DNA of 62,335 nucleotides from a virus (taxonomy: Duplodnaviria; Caudoviricetes). Positions 38,250-46,947 of the stretch are shown in pieces. Location of the stretch: IMG/VR virus record IMGVR_UViG_3300033521_000005, positions 1 to 62,335 of that record. The stretch is one strand, 5' to 3'. Each line of letters begins with the position of its first letter. The stretch's first letter is position 1. A program made the translations under genes and the position numbers. A model generated the notes under the pieces. That model did no database searches. It saw only the letters and a list, made by a program, of their open reading frames with translations, and was not told the origin of the DNA.

Positions 38250-38273
38250 AAAAAACCCCGCAAAGGCGGGGCT
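38250..38273 (-). terminator. Terminator after cI
   Basis: GC stem CCCCGC/GCGGGG with a T run on the minus strand. Confidence 0.7.
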
Positions 38274-38293
38274 CTTGCAACAAGTCGGCAGGT

Positions 38294-38950
38294 TTACTTC
38301 TGCCGTCTGTACGTCCGGTGCTCGATCATTACGCCGACCACATTGGCGCCGTCCTCGCTCCGAACCACCGGCCAGTCCGAGTTAATTGGGGCCAACTCAA
38401 ACAGCAACAGACCGTCCTGTTTCCCGCGTTCCCGATACTTGCGGAACGTGATTGCGCCGGAGTGAACTGCGCAAACGAAGTCACCGGGCTCTGGGAATAA
38501 GTCCGGGTCGATTACTACCTTGTCGCCAGCCGCGAATGCCGGGGCCATGCTCTCGCCCTCGAGCTCAATCGCAAAACATCTGGGCCTATGCAGCGCCTCT
38601 GTCATTAGTGCTCTCCCTACGGTGGCAGGCAACAAACCTGTTGCCGCAAATGCCAATGCCTGATCGCTAGACAAGAGCGGGATTCTGACTACAGACACCT
38701 CGATCCCGCTCACCTCAATACGCACTACCGGGTGGTACTTCCCTGCGCCGCCGTACTGCAACCACGACGGATTTACACCCAACGCCTCCGCGATCTTGGT
38801 TGTGTAGCGCGATGACTCCGCGCCGTTGTCAGAACAGATATAGCTAACCGTCTGTTGCTTTACCCCGACGGCACGGGCCAGAGCCGATTGACTCATGTTC
38901 CGTTCTTCCAAGACTTGGCGAATCCTCGCCCCAAGCGTTCCGTCTGGCAT
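38294..38950 (-). CDS. cI: cI-like repressor (Xre HTH plus S24-like domain)
   Basis: SQ..LA..VGVKQQTVS HTH; GESM.P.F..GD.V.IDP; sits between divergent operons. Confidence 0.88.
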   Translation of the reverse strand: MPDGTLGARIRQVLEERNMSQSALARAVGVKQQTVSYICSDNGAESSRYTTKIAEALGVNPSWLQYGGAGKYHPVVRIEVSGIEVSVVRIPLLSSDQALAFAATGLLPATVGRALMTEALHRPRCFAIELEGESMAPAFAAGDKVVIDPDLFPEPGDFVCAVHSGAITFRKYRERGKQDGLLLFELAPINSDWPVVRSEDGANVVGVMIEHRTYRRQK

Positions 38951-39042
38951 TCCCTACGCCCCTCCGGTTCGGTGTGAAACCACAAGAAGACACGACAAAG
39001 TACAACAAGTCCCACTAAATCGCAAGGACATTCGCGCCAGAC

Positions 39043-39074
39043 TTGCCAGACCGATTGTCAACAAGCACACTTGT
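39043..39074 (+). promoter_or_regulatory. Rightward promoter candidate with 434-type operator
   Basis: TTGCCA-17-CACACT; palindrome ACAAGCACACTTGT at 39061-39074. Confidence 0.5.
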
Positions 39075-39078
39075 GCCT

Positions 39079-39151
39079 GCCGGGATAGGTCGGGGGTCGC
39101 TCCTCTAGCCGATAAGCGGGGAACTTCCTCCTTCATTACCCACTTCCCGGC
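39079..39151 (+). ncRNA. Structured leader, possibly c4-antisense-like RNA
   Basis: Closing stem GCCGGGA/TCCCGGC enclosing two hairpins, upstream of the replication gene. Confidence 0.35.
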
Positions 39152-39195
39152 TCCTTCGGGATCGCAAAAGGGAGGAGTAGTTTTGAAGGAGCACG

Positions 39196-39918
39196 ATGTA
39201 CCACTACCCGTTTCACGTCCGTGATTACGTGGCGCGAACACGCCATTTATCACCAATGGAGGACTTGGCCTACCGCCGCCTCTTGGACACCTACTACACC
39301 GACGAAAAGCCGCTGCCGCCTGATACGCACCGCTGCGCACGGCTGATTGCTATGCCAGAGGCGTTCGACGCCGTCGATCTGGTGCTCAACGAATTTTTTG
39401 ATCTGCGCGAAGACGGCTGGCACAACGAGCGTTGTGACGAGGAGCTTGCGAAGTACCGCGCCATGTCCGATGGGGGGCGCAAAGGGGCTTCGATAAGGTG
39501 GGCGAAGGGGGGCGATAGCCACCCCAATGGCTCCCCTAATAAGGGGGCTACTAAGGGGGGCAATAACCCCCCCATCGACCCCCTAATAGCAACCAAGAAC
39601 CAAGAACCAAGAACCAAGAAACCCCCTGTAGTCCCCCAAGGGGACGACGAGCTCGGGTTTGCCGAGTTCTGGACTGCGTACCCACGCAAAGACGGCAGGG
39701 CCCCGGCATTGAAGTCGTGGCTCAAGATCAAGCCCGACGAATCCCTGCGTCAACGAATCATTGCAGCCGTCAAGGCTCGCGCCGTCACCAAGGAATGGAC
39801 AAAGGACAACGGCCAATTCATTCCGATGGCGACGACCTACCTGAATAACTCCCGATGGGAAGACGAGCTTGCCACCGCAGAGGCTGGCTTCTGGGCAGAG
39901 CAGGAGCCGTGGCAATGA
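39196..39918 (+). CDS. Replication initiator (YdaU/DUF1376 family)
   Basis: YYPFHV.DY...T.HL...E..AYRRLLD.YY; C-terminal F.EFW.AYPRK..TYLN..RW.D; internal iterons. Confidence 0.88.
   Translation: MYHYPFHVRDYVARTRHLSPMEDLAYRRLLDTYYTDEKPLPPDTHRCARLIAMPEAFDAVDLVLNEFFDLREDGWHNERCDEELAKYRAMSDGGRKGASIRWAKGGDSHPNGSPNKGATKGGNNPPIDPLIATKNQEPRTKKPPVVPQGDDELGFAEFWTAYPRKDGRAPALKSWLKIKPDESLRQRIIAAVKARAVTKEWTKDNGQFIPMATTYLNNSRWEDELATAEAGFWAEQEPWQ
39466..39630 (+). repeat. Putative replication origin inside initiator gene (G/C-run iterons plus (AACCAAG)x4)
   Basis: AT-N-(G/C run) units at ~11-12 bp period, then AACCAAG x4 at 39591-39618; lambdoid arrangement. Confidence 0.7.
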
Positions 39919-40349
39919 GCAAGGTCGAAGCCCTGTTGTCCCGGCTGGAGCGCGTCAAGGGCCGCAACGGCTCATGGACTGCGTCATGCCCCGCCCATGC
40001 CGACCGCTCACCGTCCCTCGCCATCCGCGAGAAAGAGGACGGACGCATCCTGTTGCACTGCTTCGGCGGCTGCTCGACTCCCGAGGTACTGGGTGCCGTC
40101 GGGATGGATATGACCGATCTGTTCCCCGACAAGATCGAGTACGACTACACGAAGCCGCGCAAACCCGACGGCCCTCGTTTCTACGCCAGCGACATGCTCC
40201 GTGTGATTGCCTTTGAGGCCACCGTAGTCATGGTCGCTGCAAGCGATATGTCCCGTGGCCGCAAGCTCAATGAAGCGGACATGGAGCGCATGACCAAAGC
40301 CTATCAACGTATTGAATCAGCACTGAAAGCAGCAGATGTCCAGCCTTAG
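39915..40349 (+). CDS. Primase-type zinc-finger protein
   Basis: CPAH.D..PSL...LLHCFGGC; ATGA overlap at 39915. Confidence 0.8.
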   Translation: MSKVEALLSRLERVKGRNGSWTASCPAHADRSPSLAIREKEDGRILLHCFGGCSTPEVLGAVGMDMTDLFPDKIEYDYTKPRKPDGPRFYASDMLRVIAFEATVVMVAASDMSRGRKLNEADMERMTKAYQRIESALKAADVQP

Positions 40350-41298
40350 TTCCATTGAAAAAGCAGCCCTTGGCCTTGACGAATACCGCCGGTCTCGCGT
40401 GAAAGAGCAGGCCGTCGATTTCGACAGCTACATGAAAGCCCGCGACGAAGACGTGGGTCGCATCAAGGGCCCAACAGATTTCCGCGACGACCTTATCAAC
40501 GAGTTCCACGGGGACGCCGAGCTCGAGGGCTGCGTCTTCCCGTGGCCCAAGACCGAGGACAAGTTCCGCCTGCGCCGTGGCGAGGTCACGATCTGGGCCG
40601 GATTCAACGGCCACATGAAGTCGATGGTGAGCGGGTATGTGTCGCTGGCGCTGATGGCGCAGGGCGAGAAGTGCTGCATTGCCTCGTTTGAAATGAAGCC
40701 GCGCAAGACCCTGCGCCGTCTGGCGTCACAGGCTTGCGGCACCGGGCGGCCAACAGAAAAGTACATTGACCTGTTCCTTGATGGTCTGGTGGACAAGCTC
40801 TGGCTCTACGACCAGCAGGGTGAGACGTCGCCCGAGCGGGTGCTTGGCGTCGTCTACTACTGCGCCGAGCAACTGGGCGTGACCCACTTCTTTATCGACT
40901 CGCTGATGAAAGTGATCGCCGCCGAGGACGACTACAACGGACAGAAGCGGTTCATTGCCGCGCTTTGCACAGCCGCAAAGGACTTGAACATTTCGATCCA
41001 CCTCGTTCACCACTCGCGCAAGCGCGAGGACGAGCGCAGCCGCCCCGGCAAGCAGGACGCCAAGGGTACAGGCGCCATCGTTGACCAGACTGACAACTTC
41101 ATCACGGTCTTCAAGACGCCAAAGAAGCCCGAGGACGGCGAGGAGAAGCCGGACTTTTTCCTGTACGTGGACAAGCAGCGGCACGGCGAATGGGAGGGGG
41201 CGATCCCGCTCTGGTTCCTCGACTCCTGCCTGCAATTCCACGACCGCCCGAACGCGCACCCGCGCAACTGGGTGAAGACCCCGGAAACAGATTTTTAA
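40336..41298 (+). CDS. DnaB/T7 gp4-like replicative helicase
   Basis: Walker-A-like GFNGHMKS, SFEM, IDSL, LVHH.RK, KGTG, KQR.G. Confidence 0.85.
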   Translation: MSSLSSIEKAALGLDEYRRSRVKEQAVDFDSYMKARDEDVGRIKGPTDFRDDLINEFHGDAELEGCVFPWPKTEDKFRLRRGEVTIWAGFNGHMKSMVSGYVSLALMAQGEKCCIASFEMKPRKTLRRLASQACGTGRPTEKYIDLFLDGLVDKLWLYDQQGETSPERVLGVVYYCAEQLGVTHFFIDSLMKVIAAEDDYNGQKRFIAALCTAAKDLNISIHLVHHSRKREDERSRPGKQDAKGTGAIVDQTDNFITVFKTPKKPEDGEEKPDFFLYVDKQRHGEWEGAIPLWFLDSCLQFHDRPNAHPRNWVKTPETDF

Positions 41299-41308
41299 GG
41301 AGACCGCA

Positions 41309-41683
41309 ATGGCAATACCAGTAGATCACGTCCAAAAACTGGAGGACGACAACAACCGCCTACGAAACGAGGCGGCGGCGCAGGCGAAGACGCTCGCGCA
41401 GTACAAGGACGCTGTGAAAAGCCTGTCCTTCGACCTTGAAATGGCCCGAACCAGCTACGACACCGCGAAGATTGTCGATGCCCTGTCTGCGGCCCGCAAG
41501 GCGGCGCTGGAACAGGCAGCCGATCTGTTGATGGATCACGGGGTGGTTGTTAGCGGGCATGAATTGGTCGATGTCTGCGAACAGATCAAGGCCCTTGCCA
41601 CCAAGCCGCCGAGAACCGACTTCCCGTGGTCGCAAAAGCCCAAAGGCGGCAAAGACGCGGAGCTCCCGTCGTGGCTGAGATAA
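41309..41683 (+). CDS. Hypothetical coiled-coil protein
   Basis: RBS AAGGAG; in operon. Confidence 0.6.
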   Translation: MAIPVDHVQKLEDDNNRLRNEAAAQAKTLAQYKDAVKSLSFDLEMARTSYDTAKIVDALSAARKAALEQAADLLMDHGVVVSGHELVDVCEQIKALATKPPRTDFPWSQKPKGGKDAELPSWLR

Positions 41684-41919
41684 AAAAACTTACGCGCGAG
41701 GAACAGGCCAAGCGCAACAGAGAGCTCATGCCCAACGTGGCCGCAATGGTCGATGAGTTCCGCGCCGCGTTCCCCGGACTGAGGTTGATCTACGCCAAAG
41801 ACCCGGAGACCGGCCACTCTGTTGGCGTCCCGCCCGAGGAAGACCCCGACAAGGTCTTCGCCATCCCAAAGAACTATTACCCAACGCGCACCTGCGACGA
41901 CAAAGTGCGCAAGAAATGA
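41626..41919 (+). CDS. Hypothetical protein (start uncertain)
   Basis: NR..MP.VA..VD..R..F pattern; fills the operon. Confidence 0.5.
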   Translation: MVAKAQRRQRRGAPVVAEIKKLTREEQAKRNRELMPNVAAMVDEFRAAFPGLRLIYAKDPETGHSVGVPPEEDPDKVFAIPKNYYPTRTCDDKVRKK

Positions 41920-41941
41920 GCAACATCGAGGAGAATCAGTG

Positions 41942-42286
41942 GTGAGTAACAACGACAGAATTGAAGCCAGATTACAGGAGCTTCGTGACATGGCTGCCGA
42001 CTTCGCATCCGCCTACGCGCAGCGGACGCACTTGGATGAAATGAAGAAGTCGAAGCTGGCGATCTTGATGAAACAGGCTGAGATCGAGGGGCACAAGACA
42101 ACAGCCGCACAGGAACGTGAGGCGCGAGCCCACCCGGAATACCTTCAGCTACTTGAGGGGCTGAAGATTGCAACAGAACAGAGCGAACACCTCCGCTGGC
42201 AACTCGAGGTGGCGAAGCTGGGGGTCGGCGTATGGCAGACCATGAACGCAAACGAGCGAGCCGAGCGCCGCGCATACGGAGCATGA
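41942..42286 (+). CDS. Helical protein (AQEREA...Y..W family)
   Basis: RBS GAGGAG before GTG; coiled-coil composition. Confidence 0.55.
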   Translation: MSNNDRIEARLQELRDMAADFASAYAQRTHLDEMKKSKLAILMKQAEIEGHKTTAAQEREARAHPEYLQLLEGLKIATEQSEHLRWQLEVAKLGVGVWQTMNANERAERRAYGA

Positions 42287-42287
42287 A

Positions 42288-42533
42288 ATGACGACAGCAA
42301 ATGACAAACAGATTGGCGGTTCCCACTATCACGATCTCGGGCAGTTCCAGCCGTGGGATGTGCTCCGCGCATGGCTGACGCCAGAGGAGTACCGGGGCTG
42401 GATGAAGGGCAACGCCATCGTTTACCTCGCCCGCGAGCAACAGAAGGGGCAAGACCAAGACATTGCGAAGGCCGCCCACCACCTCGAGAAACTGATCGAG
42501 GTACTGGATGGCACGAAGGGCAACAGTCTGTGA
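42288..42533 (+). CDS. DUF3310 / SaV-like protein
   Basis: Q.GG.HY..QPW..GNAI.Y..R...K....D..KA.H. Confidence 0.8.
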   Translation: MTTANDKQIGGSHYHDLGQFQPWDVLRAWLTPEEYRGWMKGNAIVYLAREQQKGQDQDIAKAAHHLEKLIEVLDGTKGNSL

Positions 42534-42865
42534 GGCAGGTTCCAAGCTACCTGACGTTCGAGCAGGCGCTCAGCCGGGGGTACTTGGGCCGGATCGAGGA
42601 TCGCAAGTACCTCGACTGGGTCAAAACCCTGCCATGCTGTTCTTGCGACAGACCGGCTGACGACCCGCACCACGTCCACGGTCGCGGGTTCAAGGGGATG
42701 GGCACCAAAGTCCCCGACTACTTCACCATTCCCTTGTGCCGCAACTGTCACGACGCCCTTCACCACGACGTGGATGGATGGGAAGACGTGAATGGCCCAC
42801 AGATGAAGCATGTGAACCTGACTCTGTTGCGGGGGATTCTCGAGGGGAAGGTCGGTGACGTTTAA
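42530..42865 (+). CDS. DUF968-like zinc/HNH-type protein
   Basis: YL.WV..LPC..C....DPHH; G.K.PD..T.PLC..CH...H. Confidence 0.78.
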   Translation: MRQVPSYLTFEQALSRGYLGRIEDRKYLDWVKTLPCCSCDRPADDPHHVHGRGFKGMGTKVPDYFTIPLCRNCHDALHHDVDGWEDVNGPQMKHVNLTLLRGILEGKVGDV

Positions 42866-43379
42866 GCGCGTCTCCTCCGGTCGCACATCCCGTTGCTCTG
42901 TCGATGGATGCAACCGGGTTCCCGGCATGTTCGGGGCTTGCAGCGAGCACCAGCACATCCCCATCGAGATCGAGTTCAACGCGGCGGTCGCGCGAGGGGC
43001 GGCGCCAACAGACCGGCCACCCTGTTTCTCAAGCCATGAGCTCTGGCAGGAATACGTGGCCTGCTGGGCGCTCAAAGAGCGGATCACGGCCCGCTACTCA
43101 AAGCACGTTGAATTCTGTCGTGACTGTTCGCCGAAGTACCGGGACTCAATGCAGCGAGAGGGCCGCTGCACCCACCACGAAACCATCTTCGTGAGGAAAC
43201 AGACTGGCGAGGTCGAGGGCGTGTCCTCGCATTTTGTGTCACGATGGGAGAGCGCCCTGCTGGGTCTGCATGGAGAGGTCGTGTCCATGCCGAGCCATGA
43301 GGTCGTTGCCAGAACAGAGGAGCGTATTGCAGCAGCAAGAGCGCCCAAGAAAATGGGTCGCCCTAGAAAGGCAGTTTGA
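42855..43379 (+). CDS. Cys-rich hypothetical protein
   Basis: Several CxxC-type motifs; in operon. Confidence 0.55.
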   Translation: MTFKRVSSGRTSRCSVDGCNRVPGMFGACSEHQHIPIEIEFNAAVARGAAPTDRPPCFSSHELWQEYVACWALKERITARYSKHVEFCRDCSPKYRDSMQREGRCTHHETIFVRKQTGEVEGVSSHFVSRWESALLGLHGEVVSMPSHEVVARTEERIAAARAPKKMGRPRKAV

Positions 43380-43786
43380 TGTTGGAGTTTTTTGTACCCG
43401 GCGAGCCCCACGGGAAAGGGCGCCCTCGCGTGTCCACACGGGGCGGATTCAGCAGGATGTTCACGCCGCCCAAGACAGTGGCCTACGAGGCTGAGGTTGC
43501 GCACTGTGCGGCACGGGCAATGGATGGGGCAGACCCGCTAGACGGGCCTGTGGCGGTCGAAATTGAGGCGATCCACGGCATCCCCCAGTCGTGGTCGAAA
43601 AAGAAGCAGGCGGCGGCTGTTGGCGGCCCTGTGACGGCCAAGCCAGACATCGACAATCTCATCAAGTCGGTGGCCGATGGCGCAAATGGCGTGGCGTGGG
43701 TTGACGACAAACAGATTGCCAAGATCACAGCCCGGAAGATTTACGGCACGGAGCCGGGTGTGCGTGTGCGTGTGAGTGCAATGTGA
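43376..43786 (+). CDS. rusA: RusA-family Holliday junction resolvase
   Basis: GKGRPR; KPDIDN..K...D..NG....DD.QI. Confidence 0.88.
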   Translation: MMLEFFVPGEPHGKGRPRVSTRGGFSRMFTPPKTVAYEAEVAHCAARAMDGADPLDGPVAVEIEAIHGIPQSWSKKKQAAAVGGPVTAKPDIDNLIKSVADGANGVAWVDDKQIAKITARKIYGTEPGVRVRVSAM

Positions 43787-44271
43787 AGTTCCGCTCGGTC
43801 GATCACGCAGTCAGGTTCGCGTACCGTATGCGCGAGCGCGAAGAATACGCGCGGTCAGACCCGGCGTCTGTTCGCGGTCAGGGTCATGGCATGAGCCCGC
43901 TCGAGCTCCACGGCGAGTCCGCGCTGATTCTGGCGAAGGTGCTGGCTCTGCCAGAGGCAGAGAGGTTTGCCGTTGTGGCGATGTATGGGGGGAAAAACGA
44001 AAGGCTGGAAGCAGTAGCTCATCTGGTGAGCCACTTGATGCCGCTCATTGCGAGCGACTTGCCTAATAAACAGACAGCGATGGTGCTGTTGTTGCACTGG
44101 ACTGCGCGAGCCCCGTCCATACGGGAGATCGCACAGCAGTATGAGGTGAGTTATCGAAAAGTCTGTCGCTGGAGAATGGTGGTTGCTAGCCACCTCACTC
44201 CAATTCTTGCAAGGGCCATCACCAGACTCGAGGACAGTCTGTTCGGCCCCGGCGGATACGAGCAAGAGTGA
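43783..44271 (+). CDS. Q-like late regulator / antiterminator candidate
   Basis: Last gene of the rightward operon; C-terminal HTH (SIREIAQQY.VS). Confidence 0.5.
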   Translation: MKFRSVDHAVRFAYRMREREEYARSDPASVRGQGHGMSPLELHGESALILAKVLALPEAERFAVVAMYGGKNERLEAVAHLVSHLMPLIASDLPNKQTAMVLLLHWTARAPSIREIAQQYEVSYRKVCRWRMVVASHLTPILARAITRLEDSLFGPGGYEQE

Positions 44272-44283
44272 CGCGCCGTGTGC

Positions 44284-44571
44284 TCATGTCTTTTCATCCT
44301 CGCTGCGCTGATCTTCCTCGAAAGTTGCCTCGATTAAAGCCGGGTCTGTGATCACAGACTTGCCCTCATCGGAACAAATCGCCTGATTCCCGGTGCTTGG
44401 GTGCTCGATTTGTTCTTGTGAGGTCACTTCAGCGCCATGCAAAATGTGCAGCGCCCAGTTGAGCGCAGAAAGCTCGGCGTTGTCATAGCTGTTGCGTTTG
44501 ATGCCTTGAAGGTAGTCATGGCGTCGGCGTAACGCTCTAATGTTTTTCTCAACAAAACGTAGAGGGGTCAA
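44284..44571 (-). CDS. Hypothetical protein
   Basis: Last ORF of the leftward early operon. Confidence 0.5.
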   Translation of the reverse strand: MTPLRFVEKNIRALRRRHDYLQGIKRNSYDNAELSALNWALHILHGAEVTSQEQIEHPSTGNQAICSDEGKSVITDPALIEATFEEDQRSEDEKT

Positions 44572-44789
44572 GATTGCACCTCCTTCAAAGCACGGATGGC
44601 TTCATGTCCACCGCTGCCTTCTTCATACTGCTCACACACCAATGCAGCCTCCTCCAGCGCGGCGTTGCGGACGGCGATCATCTGGGCCTGTACCTCCGCA
44701 GCAAGTGCGGCACGGGCTTCTGTGATTAACGCAGGGTATGTCTCCCTTGCGTATTCGTCTGCCAGTTCAAGAATCTTGCTCCTAGTCAT
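44568..44789 (-). CDS. Hypothetical protein (73 aa)
   Basis: RNAALEEAA..C motif; coupled overlaps. Confidence 0.6.
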   Translation of the reverse strand: MTRSKILELADEYARETYPALITEARAALAAEVQAQMIAVRNAALEEAALVCEQYEEGSGGHEAIRALKEVQS

Positions 44790-45100
44790 AACAAATCTCC
44801 TAGTTTTGAAAAGCCAGTATCTGGCTCAGGCCAGTCGGCACCGTCGATCTGGTGAATCTGTTCTGTTTGCCGCTGGGCTCCTCTGGCCTCGATGGCGGCG
44901 AGGATGCGGTCTCGCATTCTGTTCTGCGTCGAGTCCGGCCCATTGCGCGGCGTGTTGAGCTTCACGTCCAGAATGCAGGCCGCCCTCTCCTGCTCTGTCC
45001 CGTGCTTTGCCCCGGCCTCAAATGCAGTCTCGAGCCACGGGTAGATGTCGCGCTCGTCGATGTACTTGGCATTGTCTTCAAGCCACTGTTGGTAGGTCAT
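44786..45100 (-). CDS. Hypothetical protein (104 aa)
   Basis: ATGA coupling on both sides. Confidence 0.6.
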   Translation of the reverse strand: MTYQQWLEDNAKYIDERDIYPWLETAFEAGAKHGTEQERAACILDVKLNTPRNGPDSTQNRMRDRILAAIEARGAQRQTEQIHQIDGADWPEPDTGFSKLGDLL

Positions 45101-45315
45101 GCTCGCCCCCTTGCACGGATTCGCTGGGACAAAGATGTGCGCGGCTCTGCCTTGAGTCTTTCGACTTCTGTTCGCAGGTCTTCGAGCTCCTTGTCGATTG
45201 CGTCGAACCGCTCTCGCAGCCCCTTTGCCAGCGTGTCAAAGATTTGCTCCAGCGCCGCCAAGTCCGCATTGGATATTCCGCCGCGCACCACCACAGTTTT
45301 TGTGAACAGACTCAT
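45097..45315 (-). CDS. Hypothetical coiled-coil protein (72 aa)
   Basis: RBS GGAGG; ATGA coupling. Confidence 0.6.
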   Translation of the reverse strand: MSLFTKTVVVRGGISNADLAALEQIFDTLAKGLRERFDAIDKELEDLRTEVERLKAEPRTSLSQRIRARGRA

Positions 45316-45692
45316 TGCATCCTCCTTGAAAATTCAGACATCAGTTCTTGCGAGATTGCTTGGATGGCATAAGCCTCCTGCTCTCGCGCCGAGGGGTTTT
45401 CCCCGTAGTAGTCGCACCACTCCTGCCAAGCGTGGACTGCTTCGTGAACCAACAGACCAGCAACCTCAACGGGGTCACGGCCTTCGTGGTTCCGCAAACA
45501 GATCACAGCCGCCAACCCCTTGGGTGAGCGAGCGTGGTGTGTTGTTGCGTCAGCCTGCGGCGTCTTTATCCAAGCGTCCACAGGTTCGCACCCCATATCT
45601 TTGAGTGCCTGTTTGTACTCAGCCTCAGACAGACAGAGGCACAGGTATGGGCCGGGTGCGGATATGCGCCGGTCAAGCCACTTCACTTTCAT
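45312..45692 (-). CDS. Small HExxH zincin-like protein
   Basis: LVHEAVH..E..AY motif. Confidence 0.6.
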   Translation of the reverse strand: MKVKWLDRRISAPGPYLCLCLSEAEYKQALKDMGCEPVDAWIKTPQADATTHHARSPKGLAAVICLRNHEGRDPVEVAGLLVHEAVHAWQEWCDYYGENPSAREQEAYAIQAISQELMSEFSRRMQ

Positions 45693-45979
45693 ACTGCTTG
45701 CACCCCGCAGACCTTTTCCATATAGGCCACATAGACCTGATCAGGCGTCTCGTACTGGCGGTCATCGCCATCAAGGAAGAAGACCAGCTTGCCCTCCTTC
45801 CAGCCCGAGTAAATGTCGTTCTTGCGCTTGCGCTCTGTTATGAGCTCCTTCTGCACGCCAAGGTCTTCGTTGCGGTACATCCTGTGGGCACCCCAGTCGA
45901 AGACGACGCCCCGTGTGTAGGTCATGGGGTGGGCGCAAAACTCCTCGAAGGTCAACTCTTTCAACTTTTTCATTTCCAT
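45689..45979 (-). CDS. Hypothetical protein (96 aa)
   Basis: Coupled ORF. Confidence 0.6.
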   Translation of the reverse strand: MEMKKLKELTFEEFCAHPMTYTRGVVFDWGAHRMYRNEDLGVQKELITERKRKNDIYSGWKEGKLVFFLDGDDRQYETPDQVYVAYMEKVCGVQAV

Positions 45980-46419
45980 ACTCCAAATAAATCTGTGCTT
46001 GTTACTTTGATGGTTCTGCTTGCTTCTGTTTTGGGCTTTTTGGGTTGCGGCTTGCGCCCCGGTCTGTCCCCTGACTTGGCCCTAACTTCCGCGCTGATCT
46101 GTGCCAGCTTGTTGCGGTACGCTGCCTCTGACTTGCGCAAATCGCCCATCATGGCCTCAACAGTTTCTGGCCTTGCTTCGTTGTAGTGCAGCAGCCACTC
46201 ACGCAGCGATGACGTGAGCACAACCACAGCCAACCTCCTCGTTCTGCCGAGTAGTGGCATAGTCTTTGATGGTCTGTTGTTTGAGCCGTTGATGCCAACC
46301 AGATACAAGTCCCATCGGTGCCCCGGTAGTGCTTGCATCAATGCCGCAAGGTGCATGTACTCACCATCCTGCGGCTGCCATGCAACTAGCTCTCTCTCAA
46401 TCTGTCTGCGCTTCGACAT
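45970..46419 (-). CDS. Hypothetical protein
   Basis: ATG 46419; fills the operon. Confidence 0.5.
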   Translation of the reverse strand: MSKRRQIERELVAWQPQDGEYMHLAALMQALPGHRWDLYLVGINGSNNRPSKTMPLLGRTRRLAVVVLTSSLREWLLHYNEARPETVEAMMGDLRKSEAAYRNKLAQISAEVRAKSGDRPGRKPQPKKPKTEASRTIKVTSTDLFGVWK

Positions 46420-46759
46420 TTGTTTCGTCCGCAATCATTTCCAACAGACCTTTCGTATCACCCATTGCGCACCGTCCAACGTCGCCCAAGTACGGGTACA
46501 CCTCCCAGTAAGGAGTGGGCTCGTTACCTACGCCGCCAAAGAACCCGAGCGAGTCCCTGACGTCGAGGTAGATCGACTTCGTCATTCCAGACGGGAGTTT
46601 CACGACAAAACGCACAGCCGCATCCCCGAACGGGGGGATGACCTTGACCTGCCAATCTGTTGGGAACGATATGAATGGAATTGCATCGCCAGTCTCGCGC
46701 CATTCTTGTTCGACCTCGATCTTGTACCGGGCCATCTGTTGTTCAAAATTTGGTCTCAT
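46397..46759 (-). CDS. Hypothetical protein (120 aa)
   Basis: RBS GAGG; PPF..A.VRF and PYWEVYP motifs. Confidence 0.6.
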   Translation of the reverse strand: MRPNFEQQMARYKIEVEQEWRETGDAIPFISFPTDWQVKVIPPFGDAAVRFVVKLPSGMTKSIYLDVRDSLGFFGGVGNEPTPYWEVYPYLGDVGRCAMGDTKGLLEMIADETNVEAQTD

Positions 46760-46947
46760 TTCTGTTCCTCGATCTGTGCTGGTTTAATTGAGCCCTTGGG
46801 GATGACCCAAAGGTAGCGTTGGCTTCCTGCATACATGCGGACTGCGCCGGGGATGCGGTCAGCTTTGAGTAGCTGGTGCATCCGCTGGCGGGTAACTCCC
46901 ATGATGCGAGCCGCCTCCCTCATTGAGACGTACTCGCCCTGCATCAT
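46756..46947 (-). CDS. Small HTH protein
   Basis: S..EAA..MGVTRQR..QL....RIPGA; start re-assigned. Confidence 0.7.
   Translation of the reverse strand: MMQGEYVSMREAARIMGVTRQRMHQLLKADRIPGAVRMYAGSQRYLWVIPKGSIKPAQIEEQK

Noticed and set aside
38895-39340. ORFs 38895..39224 and 38954..39340 as cro
   Set aside because: No HTH pattern or RBS, and they overlap real genes.
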